A stretch of 64,000 bases of DNA from Planctomycetota bacterium. GTDB lineage: Bacteria > Planctomycetota > UBA1135 > UBA2386. The position numbers and the translations under genes were made by a program. The stretch's first letter is position 1. Every line of letters begins with the position of its first letter. Below the pieces are notes generated by a model. It was not told the origin of the DNA. It searched no databases and saw only the letters and a program-made list of their open reading frames with translations. The stretch is from positions 3,968,001 to 4,032,000 of the forward strand of contig OZ245006.1 of assembly GCA_965223545.1 (NCBI GenBank), given 5' to 3'. This document shows positions 27,776 to 38,744 of the stretch, piece by piece.

Positions 27776-30685
27776 TCAGCGGCCGATCGTCAGCAAGCCC
27801 GCGTCGGACAGCACCACTCCCGCGGTGTTGGCCGGCGGATCGGCGATCGCCCATTGAGAGACCAGCTGCCCGCCCACCAGGGCGGCGTTGGCCGGGATCA
27901 CCAGGGGGAACGCCACCTTGCCCAGGGAATTGGTGGCGATCGGCAAGCTGATGACCGGGGTCGTGTAGAGGGTGCACCCGGGCATGCCCAGGGCGGCCAG
28001 CGGCAGCGCGGTCGGCATCGCTCCCACGGCCCACGCCCCGGGCATCAGCCCCGGCGCGGTCCGCAGCTGGGTGAGGAGCGGGGCGCCAATCTTGACGACA
28101 CCAGCGAACTCGCTGCGCGGCAGCGCGCCGGCGGAACCCGCACACGGTGCGCCGAACACCACCACGTCGCCCGGATCGGCGGCGCGCTGGCTGGCGAACA
28201 CCTCCACCCGACCGTTCTGCTGCGCGCCGGGCGCGCCCGGTGAGCCGACGCCGATCTCGGGCAAGCCATCGCCGTTCAAGTCCCCCAAACCGCGCGCCAC
28301 GCGGGTCTGGTCGAACGGAAGCGTGCCCGTGAAGGTCTGCAGGACGCGCCCGTCGAAGCCCGAGTAGATCGACACCCATCCGGTGGGCAAGCCCGACGAC
28401 AGCCCGTTGGTCGCCCCCGCGGCGAAGTCGTCGTATCCGTCGCCGTCGTAATCACCGATGCCGCCCACCGCCTCGCCGAGCTGGTCGCCCGGGTCGGTGC
28501 CGAACACCGTGTGCAGCACGCTGCCGTCCTTGCCCGAGAACACTCGCGCCATGCCAGCGTCCTGGATGGCACCGCCGTTGGGATCGTGCCGGTACGCGCC
28601 GACGATGAGATCGGGCACCCCGTCCGCGTTGGCATCGCCGATCGGCGCCAAGTCCCAGCCAAACAGGTCGCGCGTGCCGAGACCGTTGAACGTCTGCAAG
28701 ACGCCACCGGTGCCGGTCGAATAGACGGTGACCGTGCCGTTGCCGATCGGCACCGTCTGGCCCGAGGGCGCGCCGACCGCCAAGTCGTCCTTGCCGTCGC
28801 CGTCCCAGTCACCCACGTTGGCGGCGGACCAGCCGAACCACGCGCCCAAGGGACCGACGAACGTCAGACCAGGAATCGCAGTGCCGGTCGCCCCGCTGTA
28901 GATCACCACCTGGCCCGTGCCGCTCGCCGACGGATCCGAATCGGAGATGAAGTAGTCGTCGACACCATCGCCATCGAGATCACCCATGGTGCCGACCCGG
29001 GTGCCGCGATGCATGCCGAACAGCGTCCCGGTGTGGGAGCGCAGCAAGTTGAAGTTGGCTCCGCTGTAGATATCCGCCCGACCCGCGTCGAGCAGGGACC
29101 CGCCGACCGCGTCGTAGTGATAGACGCCGATGATCAGGTCCATCACCCCATCCGAGTCGATGTCGCCGGCGCGTTCGAAGTCGATGCCGAACCAAGTTCC
29201 GACCTGCTGGGTCTCGGTCCACGACTTGATGACGGTGTGCGTCGCGCCGGAGTACAGCTCCACCTGACCAAAGCCGGTGGGCGCCGGACCACAGCACATG
29301 TAGTCCGGGACCTGGTCGCCATCGATGTCGCCGACCGACTTGATGACCGAGCCGTACTGCGTGCCGGCGATGCCCGGCGAGTGGGTCGCCACGACGGTCT
29401 CTCCATCGCGCGGACCACCGCCGTGCAGCCGGGCCTGGCCGGCGTCGGCCCCCGCCGTATCGTCGCCGGGAACGCCGACCAAGACGGCGCCATAGCCGTC
29501 GCCACTGGTGTCTCCGCCGACGGAGACCGCGGTGCCGGCCGCATCGCCGGCGGTGCCGAGATAGCTCGCCAGCGGCCAGCCGCTCGCGCCGGAGAACAAC
29601 CGCGCCAAACCCGCGCCGACGCCACCGAGATCGTGGCCGGGCGCGCCGACCAAGGCGTCGCTGCGGCCGTCGCCATCGGCGTCGTGCCCAAGCGCGACTG
29701 CGCTGCCGAACGCATCACCGGCGGCATCGCCGGTCCAGCTCCAGAGGAGAGCACCGGTCGCGCCCGAGAGAACCGCGGCGGCACCCGCATCGATCCCCGC
29801 GGTGTCGTCGCCGGGGATCCCGACCGCGACATCGGGGGCGCCATCGCCATCGACGTCCGCGCCACCGCTCAGCGCGGTGCCGGCCGCGTCGCCGGCGACC
29901 GCACCCTGCCAGCTCCACAGGACGGCAGCCGTCGCGCCGGAGTGGACGTGGATGGCGCCCGCATCGGTGGCGGTCGCGTCGTCACCGGGCACGCCGACGA
30001 CGAACTCGGCGCGACAATCCCCGTCGAGATCGCCCACCGCCGCCACCGCGCTGCCGAGCGCATCACCGGCCGCGCCGCCGGTCACGGTATGGAGCAGCGT
30101 CGCGGTGCGCCCCGACCAGATCTGGCAGCGGCCGGCGTCCATCGCCGCGGCGGAGAGATCGAAGCCAGGTGCGCCGATGCCGACATCGGCGTAGCCATCG
30201 GCATCGACATCGCCGACTCCCGCCACCGCACTGCCGAGCGCGTCACCGGCGGAAACGCCGTCCACGGTGAGCAGCACGGCACCCGTGGCGCCGGAGAACA
30301 CCTGGGCGCGGCCCGCATCGGTCCCGCCTTGGTCGGCACCGGGGATGCCGACCACGACATCACCAACGCCATCGCCGTCGAAGTCGCCGGCAGAAGCCAC
30401 TGCCGCGCCGAGCTGATCACCGGCATTGGCACCGGTGAACGTGTGCAGGACCGCACCGGTGGCGCCCGAGTACAGCGTCGCGGTGCCGGCTCCCGCGGTC
30501 GGCGCGCCGACCAACACGTCGGCGCGCCGGTCGCCGTCGGTGTCGCCGACCACGGCGACCGCCCGACCGGCCTCGGCCCCCGCGCCCCCTCCATTCACCG
30601 CGAACTGCAGGGGTTGTTGGGCTGCGACCGGTACCAGCAGGACCGTTGCCAGGGAGGTTCCAAAAGACAGGCTGCGCATGATCAT
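27776..30685 (-). CDS. Exported FG-GAP (integrin-alpha-like) repeat protein, 14 repeats plus C-terminal domain
   Basis: 14 G..(F/L)G.....GD.DGDG..D...G.P repeats with DxDxDG Ca loops; signal peptide ending VAA-Q; alternative ATG at 30679. Confidence 0.92.
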   Translation of the reverse strand: MIMRSLSFGTSLATVLLVPVAAQQPLQFAVNGGGAGAEAGRAVAVVGDTDGDRRADVLVGAPTAGAGTATLYSGATGAVLHTFTGANAGDQLGAAVASAGDFDGDGVGDVVVGIPGADQGGTDAGRAQVFSGATGAVLLTVDGVSAGDALGSAVAGVGDVDADGYADVGIGAPGFDLSAAAMDAGRCQIWSGRTATLLHTVTGGAAGDALGSAVAAVGDLDGDCRAEFVVGVPGDDATATDAGAIHVHSGATAAVLWSWQGAVAGDAAGTALSGGADVDGDGAPDVAVGIPGDDTAGIDAGAAAVLSGATGALLWSWTGDAAGDAFGSAVALGHDADGDGRSDALVGAPGHDLGGVGAGLARLFSGASGWPLASYLGTAGDAAGTAVSVGGDTSGDGYGAVLVGVPGDDTAGADAGQARLHGGGPRDGETVVATHSPGIAGTQYGSVIKSVGDIDGDQVPDYMCCGPAPTGFGQVELYSGATHTVIKSWTETQQVGTWFGIDFERAGDIDSDGVMDLIIGVYHYDAVGGSLLDAGRADIYSGANFNLLRSHTGTLFGMHRGTRVGTMGDLDGDGVDDYFISDSDPSASGTGQVVIYSGATGTAIPGLTFVGPLGAWFGWSAANVGDWDGDGKDDLAVGAPSGQTVPIGNGTVTVYSTGTGGVLQTFNGLGTRDLFGWDLAPIGDANADGVPDLIVGAYRHDPNGGAIQDAGMARVFSGKDGSVLHTVFGTDPGDQLGEAVGGIGDYDGDGYDDFAAGATNGLSSGLPTGWVSIYSGFDGRVLQTFTGTLPFDQTRVARGLGDLNGDGLPEIGVGSPGAPGAQQNGRVEVFASQRAADPGDVVVFGAPCAGSAGALPRSEFAGVVKIGAPLLTQLRTAPGLMPGAWAVGAMPTALPLAALGMPGCTLYTTPVISLPIATNSLGKVAFPLVIPANAALVGGQLVSQWAIADPPANTAGVVLSDAGLLTIGR

Positions 30686-30903
30686 GGTTTCCACGTCCGC
30701 AAACGCCGCGGGGAGACGCGCCGGGGCTCGGACAGCCAAGAAAGGTGTGTGTGTTGTCGAGACAGTTCCGACCCGAACGGGCCTTGGGACTCTGCCCCTG
30801 CATAAGGCTAACTCACGTCTCCGGAGGTTGCCTAGCCCCGACGGCAGCGCGCGTTCGGCGCTGAGCGGGCCCCGCTTGCAAGGGCCGGGTGTATGGGCCG
30901 GGG

Positions 30904-31776
30904 TCAGTCGGCGGGAGGGGCGCTGGCGGCGGGTCCGAGGCCATTGGCCTCGTCGGGCGCCGATCCGGCCACCGCATCGTCGACATCCGTCTCCGCGTCC
31001 TCGCTGGCGTCCTGGTGCTGCAGGGCCAGAAGCTGATCCACCGACAGGTGTTGCGGGCCGACGAAGACCACCAGGATGGGGTCGTCCCACTGCTGCTGGT
31101 GCGCCCGCAGCAGTCCCTGCTTCATCAGCTCGAGCACTGCCGAGAACACCCCGATGAGCCCGTAGCGCCCCTCGGCCCGGTCGAACAAGTGCTCGAACTG
31201 CACCTCGCCCTTGCCGACGAGCCGGTCCAGCACCTGCCCGGTGTAGTAGCGCACGTCGCGACGCTCGACGTCGACGTGCATGGTGGTGTCGGTGCCGGTC
31301 TCTTCCAGCAGCTTGGCGAACGCCGCGGTCAGGCTCCAGATCTCCACCGAGCCCAGGTCGAGCTCCGGCCCCTCCGGCTCGCGCGCGCGCAGCGCCTCGG
31401 GCAGGGGCAGGCGCGGACTCACCATGCGGCCGCGCTGCTGGCCCATGCGGTCCAATCGACGCGACAGGTCGCGGTAGCGCTTGTACTCGAGCAGTCGCCG
31501 GATCAGGTCGTCGCGCGGGTCGAGCTCCTCCTCGACCGACACTTCCTCGCCCGGCAGGAGCTCACGCGACTTGATCTCCATCAGCGTGCTCGCCATCACG
31601 ACGAAGTCGCCGATGTCGGCCAGATCGAGCGTCTTCAGCACGTCGAGGTGCGCGAGGTAGCCCTCCAAGATCTTGGCGATCGAGACCTCGTGGATGTCCA
31701 CCTCCTGCTGCTTGATCAGGTGCAGCAAGAGGTCCAGTGGACCGGCGAACACCGGCAGCTCCACGCGGTAGGACAT
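30904..31776 (-). CDS. scpA: Segregation and condensation protein A
   Basis: F.GPLDLLLHLI...EVDI, DFVVMASTL.EIKSR.LLP, DPRDDLIRRLLEYKRY, F.AVLELMK. Confidence 0.93.
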   Translation of the reverse strand: MSYRVELPVFAGPLDLLLHLIKQQEVDIHEVSIAKILEGYLAHLDVLKTLDLADIGDFVVMASTLMEIKSRELLPGEEVSVEEELDPRDDLIRRLLEYKRYRDLSRRLDRMGQQRGRMVSPRLPLPEALRAREPEGPELDLGSVEIWSLTAAFAKLLEETGTDTTMHVDVERRDVRYYTGQVLDRLVGKGEVQFEHLFDRAEGRYGLIGVFSAVLELMKQGLLRAHQQQWDDPILVVFVGPQHLSVDQLLALQHQDASEDAETDVDDAVAGSAPDEANGLGPAASAPPAD

Positions 31777-31906
31777 CGGCCGAATCGTCGGGCAAGGCCG
31801 GCGAAGATGCCAGCCGAGGACGGCGGAAACGGCGGCTTGGCGGGCTGCGGCGCGGCGCCACCTGCGCGCGGGCTTCGGGCGAGCCCGCCTGCTAATCTCT
31901 GCGCGC

Positions 31907-32878
31907 ATGGATCCCAGGATCGAACGCGCCAAGGACATCGTGCGGCGGGAAGCCGACGCGGTGCGCATGGTCGCCGACCGCCTCGACGACACCTTCGCGG
32001 CGATCGTCGACCGAATCCTGGGATTGCCCGGCCGGGTCGTCACGGCCGGAATGGGCAAGGCCGGCATCATCGCACAGAAGATCTCGGCAACGCTGTCCTC
32101 CACCGGCACGCCGTCGATCTACCTGCACCCGGCCGAGGCCATCCACGGCGACCTGGGCCGAGTGGTCGGTGGCGACTTGCTGCTGGCGTTGTCCAAGTCC
32201 GGTGAAACCGAGGAAGTGTTGCGGCTGCTCGGGCCGGTCAAGGCCGCGGACTGCGCCGTGGTGGCCATCACCCAATCGCGCGAGTCGACCCTCGGCCGGC
32301 ACGCCGACCAAGTGCTCGAGCTGGGCCCGATCGAGGAGGTGGGACCTCACCAGCTGGCGCCGAGCGCTTCGACGACCGCGATGTTGGCGCTCGGCGACGC
32401 GTTGGCCCTGGTGGTGCAGGACGGCCGCAACTTCGGCCCCGAGGAGTTTGCCCGCTTCCACCCCGGCGGCGATCTCGGCCGCCGGCTGATGCGGGTCGAG
32501 GAGCTGATGCGCACCGGCAAGCGCAATCCCGTGGTGCGGGCGGGCTGCACGGTGCTCGATGCGATCGAGACGATGACGCAAACGCTGGGACGACCCGGTG
32601 CCACCAGCGTGGTCGACGAGAACGGCACTCTGGTCGGGTTCTTCACCGATGGTGACCTCCGTCGCCTACTCACCAGCCTGACCGCGCCAGTAGATAAGAT
32701 GCGCATCGAGGACGTGATGACGCATCAGCCGCGCACGATCTCGCCGGACACGTTTGCCAGCGAAGCCATCGCCTTCCTGCACCAACACAAGATCGACCAG
32801 CTACCGGTCGTCGACGATCGGGGCTGCATCGCCGGCATGCTCGACGTGCAGGATCTCTTGGACTTGAAGATCACATGA
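31907..32878 (+). CDS. kdsD: Arabinose-5-phosphate isomerase (KpsF/GutQ; SIS plus CBS)
   Basis: GMGKAG.IA.KISAT.SSTGTP, HP.EA.HGDLG, SKSGET.E, APSAST, FHPGG.LG, TDGDLRR. Confidence 0.95.
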   Translation: MDPRIERAKDIVRREADAVRMVADRLDDTFAAIVDRILGLPGRVVTAGMGKAGIIAQKISATLSSTGTPSIYLHPAEAIHGDLGRVVGGDLLLALSKSGETEEVLRLLGPVKAADCAVVAITQSRESTLGRHADQVLELGPIEEVGPHQLAPSASTTAMLALGDALALVVQDGRNFGPEEFARFHPGGDLGRRLMRVEELMRTGKRNPVVRAGCTVLDAIETMTQTLGRPGATSVVDENGTLVGFFTDGDLRRLLTSLTAPVDKMRIEDVMTHQPRTISPDTFASEAIAFLHQHKIDQLPVVDDRGCIAGMLDVQDLLDLKIT

Positions 32879-33408
32879 CCGCGATCCCGGCCGCCGAGAT
32901 CCTGGCAGGAGTTCGCCTGCTCCTGACCGACGTCGACGGTGTCCTGACCGACGGCCGCATCCACTTCGACGGCGCCGGCACCGAGTTCAAGACGTTCCAC
33001 GTCCACGATGGCGCCGGCTTGGTCTACTGGAATCGAAGCGGCGGAATCAGCGGCTTCCTCTCGGGGCGCTCCAGCCAGGTCGTGCGCGACCGCGCCGCCG
33101 AGCTCGGCGTGCAGGAAGTCCACTTGGGTCACTTGGCGAAGGTGCCGATCCTCGAGGAGATCGTCGAGCGTCGCGGCTTGCGCCCGGCGCAAGTGGCCTA
33201 CGTCGGCGATGACCTGCTCGACCTGCCCGTGCTGTCCCGCGTCGGCTTCGCCGCCGCGCCGGCCAACGCCCGCCCCGAAGTCAAAGCCAAGGTGCACTAC
33301 GTCACCGAGACGCGCGGCGGCGAGGGCGTGGTGCGCGAGGTCATCGAAGTGCTGCTCAAGGCGCAGGGCAAGTGGGACGCCGTCGTCCGGCAGGACGGCT
33401 TGCCGTGA
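32875..33408 (+). CDS. kdsC: KDO-8-phosphate phosphatase (HAD family)
   Basis: DVDGVLTDG, KTFHVHDG, YVGDD..D, GG.GVVRE; ATGA overlap with kdsD. Confidence 0.93.
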   Translation: MTAIPAAEILAGVRLLLTDVDGVLTDGRIHFDGAGTEFKTFHVHDGAGLVYWNRSGGISGFLSGRSSQVVRDRAAELGVQEVHLGHLAKVPILEEIVERRGLRPAQVAYVGDDLLDLPVLSRVGFAAAPANARPEVKAKVHYVTETRGGEGVVREVIEVLLKAQGKWDAVVRQDGLP

Positions 33409-36293
33409 TCGGGCGCATCGCTGCATTCCTGCTGCTGGCCGGCGGCGGATTCGCGGGACTGTGGTGGGCGACCGGCGGATCGGCGCTCGCGGGGCGCGGC
33501 GAAGGCCTCGTGCTCGACGCCGACACGGACCGGACCGCTCCGGTCCCCAGCGTACTGATCCCCGGGGCCGCGCCCGAGGGCGAACAGGACGGCGACGAGT
33601 TCGGCACCGACGTGCGCTTCGCCTACCGCGGCGCGTTCGAGGACCTCGGCACCTACCGCGAAGTGCCCCTCGGCGATGGCTCGTTCCGGCGCCTGCCCAT
33701 CTACAAGCTCAGCGCCGCCGACATGGAGCCGCGACCGTTGGGCCGCGTCTTGCTGCACGAGGTCACGGTCGAGCTGTTCGAGCGCGACCGAGACCGACCC
33801 ACCGAATCGGTGCACGCCGGCACCCTGACCGCCGATCGCGCCGATGTCGTCATGCAGCCCAACGAGGACGGCACGCCGTCGATCGACACCGGCAAGGACA
33901 TCACCCTGCATCGAGCGGTGTTGGTGACCACCGCCGCCGCACAGGTCAAGAACGCGCGGCTCGAGCTCGACGAAGCGATCGTACGCATCGACGAGCGGGC
34001 CATCGATCTGCGCACGGTCAAGGACGACCAAGCGTTCTCCTTGACCATCGACGACCGCGGATCGATGGCCCTGTCCGGCCTGGGCCTGACCGCGCGGCTG
34101 CCGCTCGACCGCGGCGAGCAGCGGCCCGATCCCACCGACCGGCTGTCGATCCGGGTGAAGTCGGCGGCCGACCTGCGCCACCGCGGGCGGCGCGGAGGAG
34201 TGCAGCTGCGCTCGGCGGGACCGATGAGCTACGTCGAGGATCCCTCGTTCGGCACCGCCATGGTGACCGCCGCGCGCGAGGTGGTGCTGACCGACGGCGG
34301 CGCACCCGAGCCGGCCGCGGCCGGCGACCAACAGCAGCCCGATCGGGGGGGCTTCATCGCGACCGGCGATCGTGTCACCGCGCGGCTGCGCCGGGGTGAG
34401 CGCGTGGCCGGCCGCGTCACCGGCGCCTGGCAGCGCATCGAGCTGAGCGGTGCCAGCGATGTGCCGGCGACGCTGACGATCGGCGGGGTTCGCATCCGCA
34501 GCCAGACCCTGCGCGGCTCGCCCAACTTGGTCGGTGAACCCTACGCCTTCACCGCCAGCGGCGCGCCCGAGCTCGACCAGGTCGGCGACGAGACCGGCAT
34601 GCGGTTCGCGTGTTCGGATCGGGTGCACGTCGTGCAGATCCACGACTACTGGCAGCCGTGGATGGGCGCGCGCGGCTTCGGCCCGCGCAGCTTTCCGGCC
34701 CACGTGCGCCTGCTCATGACCTTCGTCGGCAAGACTTCGGTGGTCGTTCCACGCGGCGACGACACCTTGCAGCTGGAAGCCGAAGAGGGCCTTTGGGTCA
34801 TGCGCCCACAGACTCGACAGTGGCCAGCGGTGGTGCGCGGCAAGGGCGCGGTCGCGGTGCGGGGCGCGGGCGCCGGTCCCGGCGCCATCGACGTCAGCGG
34901 TACGGACGGCTTCTTGCTCTACGGCGACGCGCGCGGCCAGCACGTCCGCCTCGGCCCGGAGGTGGCGGACCTCGAACATCGATTCTCGATCCGCACGCCG
35001 CAGCTGGTGGCCGAGGGCAGCGGCGCATGCTCGCTGCGCCAATCGACGGACGTCGACCAACCGCACCAGCTGCGCATTCACGCACCGGGCAACGATGCGG
35101 TAGTGACACTCGTCGAGCAGGACGGCGAGCTGCGCAATCTGCAGCGGCTCACCGCAACCTTCGACGACGGCGGGATCCGCGACTTCGAGGCATCGGGACC
35201 CGACAGCGCGCTGCACTGGACCGACGGCGAGGACGTGATCGTCGGTCACGCGGATCGCCTGGTCGGTGCGGCCGATGGCCCGATCCGGTTGTTCGGCGCG
35301 CCTGCGAAGATCGACTCGGAGCGACGCGGGGAAGTGCACGGCGAAGCGCTGTCGGTGTATCGCTTCGGCGAAGACTCCATCGGCCTGCGCGCCGACGGCG
35401 CCGCCCGCGCTTTGGGCAGCCACCGGACCAGCGACGGGGCCGTGGTGCGCTTCGACCTCACCGCTGAGCAGGCGTTGCTGCTCCCGTTCGTCGTACCGAC
35501 TCCGCTGTTGGCCGTGCACACGTGGTTTCTGCCGCCGAGCGCCGCGGCCGCCCTCAGCGGCCTCGATCAAGAAACACTGGTGGCGACGCGCGCGATCGAT
35601 CTCGAGCTGACTCGCGGCGAAGAGTCCCCGGTCCGCGGCGATGGCGACGCGTTGCGACTGCGCTTCACCGATGACGGCGCCGACGGCGCGCTCCGCGGGG
35701 CACCGGCGACGATCACTTCGCGCGATCACGCCGGCCAGCGCCTCACGGCAATCGCGACCGTGCTGCAGCTCGCCCGCGACGGCGACGGTCAGGTGTTGCG
35801 CATGCCCCACGATTCGGCCCGGCCGCCCCTCCTGGAACTCGGCGACCGCCGCGGCGCGCTGGCGCGGTTCGGCGATCCGGCGGGCAGCACGCGGTTGTCC
35901 TGCGCTGGCGACATCACGGTGGCCCCGGCGGCGATTTCCTTCGGCGGCAGCACGGCGATCTCCGCCTGGCTTGCCGACGGCACCCCCGATGAAGACGGGT
36001 TCACCGCCGATGCGCGCACCCTGCACATCGAGCGAAACGCCGATGGTCGCGTGCGCCGAGTGGTCGGCGAGGACGTGCGCGATTTGCGTTGGAACAGCGT
36101 GCGCGCCCGCGCCCGGCACCTCGACCTCGACTTGGCCACCGGCACGTGCCAGGTCTACGATCCGGCCGGCGGCGTAGAGCTCACGCTGCCCGGACGCGGC
36201 TGGGCGTTGTGCCAGTGGGCGGAGTTCAACGTCGATACCTATCACGCCCGCATTCGACGCGGCGTGGTCCGGGAGGAACTGGCCGGTCGATGA
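33405..36293 (+). CDS. Very large membrane-anchored LptC/LptA(OstA)-like beta-rich protein
   Basis: N-terminal TM helix; LptC-like pattern YKLSA...LL.EV.V..F..LTADRA...SGLG..A.L; beta-strand periodicity throughout; GTGA/ATGA overlaps with kdsC and lptD. Confidence 0.6.
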   Translation: MIGRIAAFLLLAGGGFAGLWWATGGSALAGRGEGLVLDADTDRTAPVPSVLIPGAAPEGEQDGDEFGTDVRFAYRGAFEDLGTYREVPLGDGSFRRLPIYKLSAADMEPRPLGRVLLHEVTVELFERDRDRPTESVHAGTLTADRADVVMQPNEDGTPSIDTGKDITLHRAVLVTTAAAQVKNARLELDEAIVRIDERAIDLRTVKDDQAFSLTIDDRGSMALSGLGLTARLPLDRGEQRPDPTDRLSIRVKSAADLRHRGRRGGVQLRSAGPMSYVEDPSFGTAMVTAAREVVLTDGGAPEPAAAGDQQQPDRGGFIATGDRVTARLRRGERVAGRVTGAWQRIELSGASDVPATLTIGGVRIRSQTLRGSPNLVGEPYAFTASGAPELDQVGDETGMRFACSDRVHVVQIHDYWQPWMGARGFGPRSFPAHVRLLMTFVGKTSVVVPRGDDTLQLEAEEGLWVMRPQTRQWPAVVRGKGAVAVRGAGAGPGAIDVSGTDGFLLYGDARGQHVRLGPEVADLEHRFSIRTPQLVAEGSGACSLRQSTDVDQPHQLRIHAPGNDAVVTLVEQDGELRNLQRLTATFDDGGIRDFEASGPDSALHWTDGEDVIVGHADRLVGAADGPIRLFGAPAKIDSERRGEVHGEALSVYRFGEDSIGLRADGAARALGSHRTSDGAVVRFDLTAEQALLLPFVVPTPLLAVHTWFLPPSAAAALSGLDQETLVATRAIDLELTRGEESPVRGDGDALRLRFTDDGADGALRGAPATITSRDHAGQRLTAIATVLQLARDGDGQVLRMPHDSARPPLLELGDRRGALARFGDPAGSTRLSCAGDITVAPAAISFGGSTAISAWLADGTPDEDGFTADARTLHIERNADGRVRRVVGEDVRDLRWNSVRARARHLDLDLATGTCQVYDPAGGVELTLPGRGWALCQWAEFNVDTYHARIRRGVVREELAGR

Positions 36294-38743
36294 CACGCGC
36301 CAGATGGGGGGGGGCCGCGCTCGGTTGCGCGATCTTGGTCGGCGGCATCGGTCTGCGCGCGCAAGCACCGGGAGCGGACGGGGTTTGGTTCGAGGACTTC
36401 GAGACCCACCCCGCCGGCGACGACGTCGTCACCACCGTGCGCAACGGCATCGTGGTGATCCGCGACGGTCTCGAGCTGCGCGCGGACGGGGGGGTGTTGA
36501 TCGCGGATCGCGATGCGGTGCCGCCCTTGAGTCGCTCGTCGCCGGGCTTGCCACGGCGGGGTGCGACGCCACCGGCGGCGCGCCGCGCGGTCGACGATGG
36601 CCTGATGGCGGCGCGCTTGGCCGCGTTCGCGCACGCCGCCGGCGTCGACAGCGGTGCGCCGGCGCTGTCGCCCCGGCAGTGGTCGCCCAGCAGCTGGAAG
36701 AGCCTCTATCTGGAGGGCGACGTCGTCGTGCGCCGCGACGGCCGTGACCTGGTCAGAGCGGCGCGCTTGCACCTGTCGACCGTCGACGACCGTCTGGTCG
36801 TGGAGGACGCGGAGCTGCGCCTCTGGCTGGACTCCGATGCGCCGCAGCGCGTGCTGGTGATCCGCGGCGAGCGGCTAGTGCGGCAGGGCCGGCGCATCAC
36901 CGGCCGCGACGTGTCGGTGACGACCTGCACCGCCGGTGAGCCCCACGTCGAGGTCTGCTCCGGCGAGATCGAGGTCATCGAACGCGGCGACGATCTCGAA
37001 GTCCGCACCGCGGGCTCGTCCCTCGTCATCGGCGGGGTATCGCTGTTGCCGCTGCCGAACGCGCGCTTCATGGCGGGCGAGCAAACCCAGACCCTGGTCC
37101 AGGGCGTATCGGCGGGCTACTCCAGCAACGAAGGCGTGCGCGCCAACATCGATCTCGGCGGCTCGCTCAACGCCCTCGGCGGCGCTCTGCACGAGCAGCT
37201 CACGGGTCGGGCGGCGGCGGAGTTCCGCGGCGATTGGCGGCTCGGGCTCGGCGTCATCGAGGAACGCGGCGCGCCGGTCGAGCTCGAGCTGCGCTACGGC
37301 GCAGCCGACGTCTACTCCGGGCGCATGCTGGCCTATGGGCTGGACGACGACGGGCCGGACCGCCGCGAGATCCGTCGGCGTCTCGACGGCAGCCCGATCG
37401 ATGCGCGCGGCAGGTCCTTGCTGCACACCGAGAACCGCGTCCACCTCGGCGAGAACACGCGCCTCGACGTCACCGCGTTCGCCGCCTCCGACCCGGCGGT
37501 CTACTCCGAGTTCTTCCGCCGCGAATACCGCGAAGACGAGCTCCCCGAGACCAGCGTGCTGCTGCGCGACGCGCGCGACAACCGTCTACTCATCGCCAAC
37601 GCGCGCCTCAACATGTCGACGTTCGCCTACCGAGACGACCGCTCGCTGGCGCCGGCGTTCGACGAGGAGCTGCCGCTGCTCGGCTACCACTGGTTCTCCG
37701 AGCCGGTCGCGACTCTGTGGGGCGACACCGACGTCCTGCTGACGTCGTCGACCGGTGCCGGCTTCCTGCGGCGCGACTACGACCGCACCGCCGTCGAGGT
37801 CGACGACGACGTCTTTCGGCTGGACCAGGAGCTGGTGCTGGCGACGCCCTTTCACCTCGGGCCGATCGGTATTCGGCCGTTCGTCGCCGGTCGCGTGACC
37901 CACTACGACGAGACCGTCGGCGGCCGGGACGACACGCGGCCCGCCTTCGCGGCGGGCGTGCGGGCCGCGACCTGGATGGCGCGCACCTGGACCTGGCGCG
38001 GCGATGACGGCACCGGTCAGGCGCTGCGCCACGTGATCTCGCCCGCGATCGTCTACCGCGACCAGTTCCACGTCGGCGGCGAGCCCGGCGACTACTTCCA
38101 ATACGACGCAACCGACGCGATCGACGAGCGTGCCACCGTGCGTTTCGAGCTGCTCAACCGGCTCCAGCACCGGGATGGCGACCGCGCGCCCCGCGACGTC
38201 GTCTGGCTCGACCTGGCGCAGACCCTGACGCCGATCTCGAGCCGCGACAACCGAGGCCACCATCTCGCCGAGCTCGAGTACGAGCTGATCCTGCGGCCCG
38301 CCCCCGACGCGGGGCCGTTGCCGGGGCTGCAGCTGTTGGTCGAAGGCGAGCACGACTGGCATGCGTCCAAGCAGCGCACCTTCAACACCGGAGTGCGGTT
38401 CGGCAAAGTGCTGGGCTTCCACTGGCACGCCGGCTATCGCTCCGACCGCACCACCGACGGGGCGGTCATCTACGGCGCGCGCACCGACCTCTTCGGCCGC
38501 TGGCTGCTGGCGGGCGGCAGCCAGTACGACCTACAGCGCGACGAAACCCTCAACTACGGCGCGCAGATCGTCCGCGTCGACCACGACTGGCGACTCTCGC
38601 TCGGCGTGACGTTCGACGAGATCGACGGCGACACCAGGTTCTTCGTCAACTTCGAACCCACGCTGGGCGGGCTGCTGGCGCCGCGGCGCACGCGCTACCT
38701 GAGCGGGTCGGCCTGGGACGCGGACCGGATCTACCAGCCCTGA
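36290..38743 (+). CDS. lptD: LPS-assembly outer-membrane protein LptD-like
   Basis: Signal peptide, jellyroll N-domain (GDVVV..A..L), VTTC...PH motif, GYSS..G, SDP.VY.EF, amphipathic barrel strands to the C-terminus. Confidence 0.8.
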   Translation: MTRARWGGAALGCAILVGGIGLRAQAPGADGVWFEDFETHPAGDDVVTTVRNGIVVIRDGLELRADGGVLIADRDAVPPLSRSSPGLPRRGATPPAARRAVDDGLMAARLAAFAHAAGVDSGAPALSPRQWSPSSWKSLYLEGDVVVRRDGRDLVRAARLHLSTVDDRLVVEDAELRLWLDSDAPQRVLVIRGERLVRQGRRITGRDVSVTTCTAGEPHVEVCSGEIEVIERGDDLEVRTAGSSLVIGGVSLLPLPNARFMAGEQTQTLVQGVSAGYSSNEGVRANIDLGGSLNALGGALHEQLTGRAAAEFRGDWRLGLGVIEERGAPVELELRYGAADVYSGRMLAYGLDDDGPDRREIRRRLDGSPIDARGRSLLHTENRVHLGENTRLDVTAFAASDPAVYSEFFRREYREDELPETSVLLRDARDNRLLIANARLNMSTFAYRDDRSLAPAFDEELPLLGYHWFSEPVATLWGDTDVLLTSSTGAGFLRRDYDRTAVEVDDDVFRLDQELVLATPFHLGPIGIRPFVAGRVTHYDETVGGRDDTRPAFAAGVRAATWMARTWTWRGDDGTGQALRHVISPAIVYRDQFHVGGEPGDYFQYDATDAIDERATVRFELLNRLQHRDGDRAPRDVVWLDLAQTLTPISSRDNRGHHLAELEYELILRPAPDAGPLPGLQLLVEGEHDWHASKQRTFNTGVRFGKVLGFHWHAGYRSDRTTDGAVIYGARTDLFGRWLLAGGSQYDLQRDETLNYGAQIVRVDHDWRLSLGVTFDEIDGDTRFFVNFEPTLGGLLAPRRTRYLSGSAWDADRIYQP

Positions 38744-38744
38744 G

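Noticed and set aside
29440..30560. Regular ~160-nt DNA repeats that could suggest an array
   Set aside because: They are the coding FG-GAP repeats; no identical repeat-spacer structure and no cas genes, so not CRISPR
30740..30840. Hairpin-rich leader upstream of the FG-GAP gene as a possible riboswitch
   Set aside because: No recognisable aptamer consensus; stems are short and expected by chance at this GC
33297..36368. 1023-aa minus-strand ORF and many other long overlapping ORFs (e.g. 16639..19164, 28511..30805, 49352..51523)
   Set aside because: Antisense or off-frame shadows expected at this GC content; Arg/Ala/Gly-rich without motifs, opposite or overlapping well-supported genes
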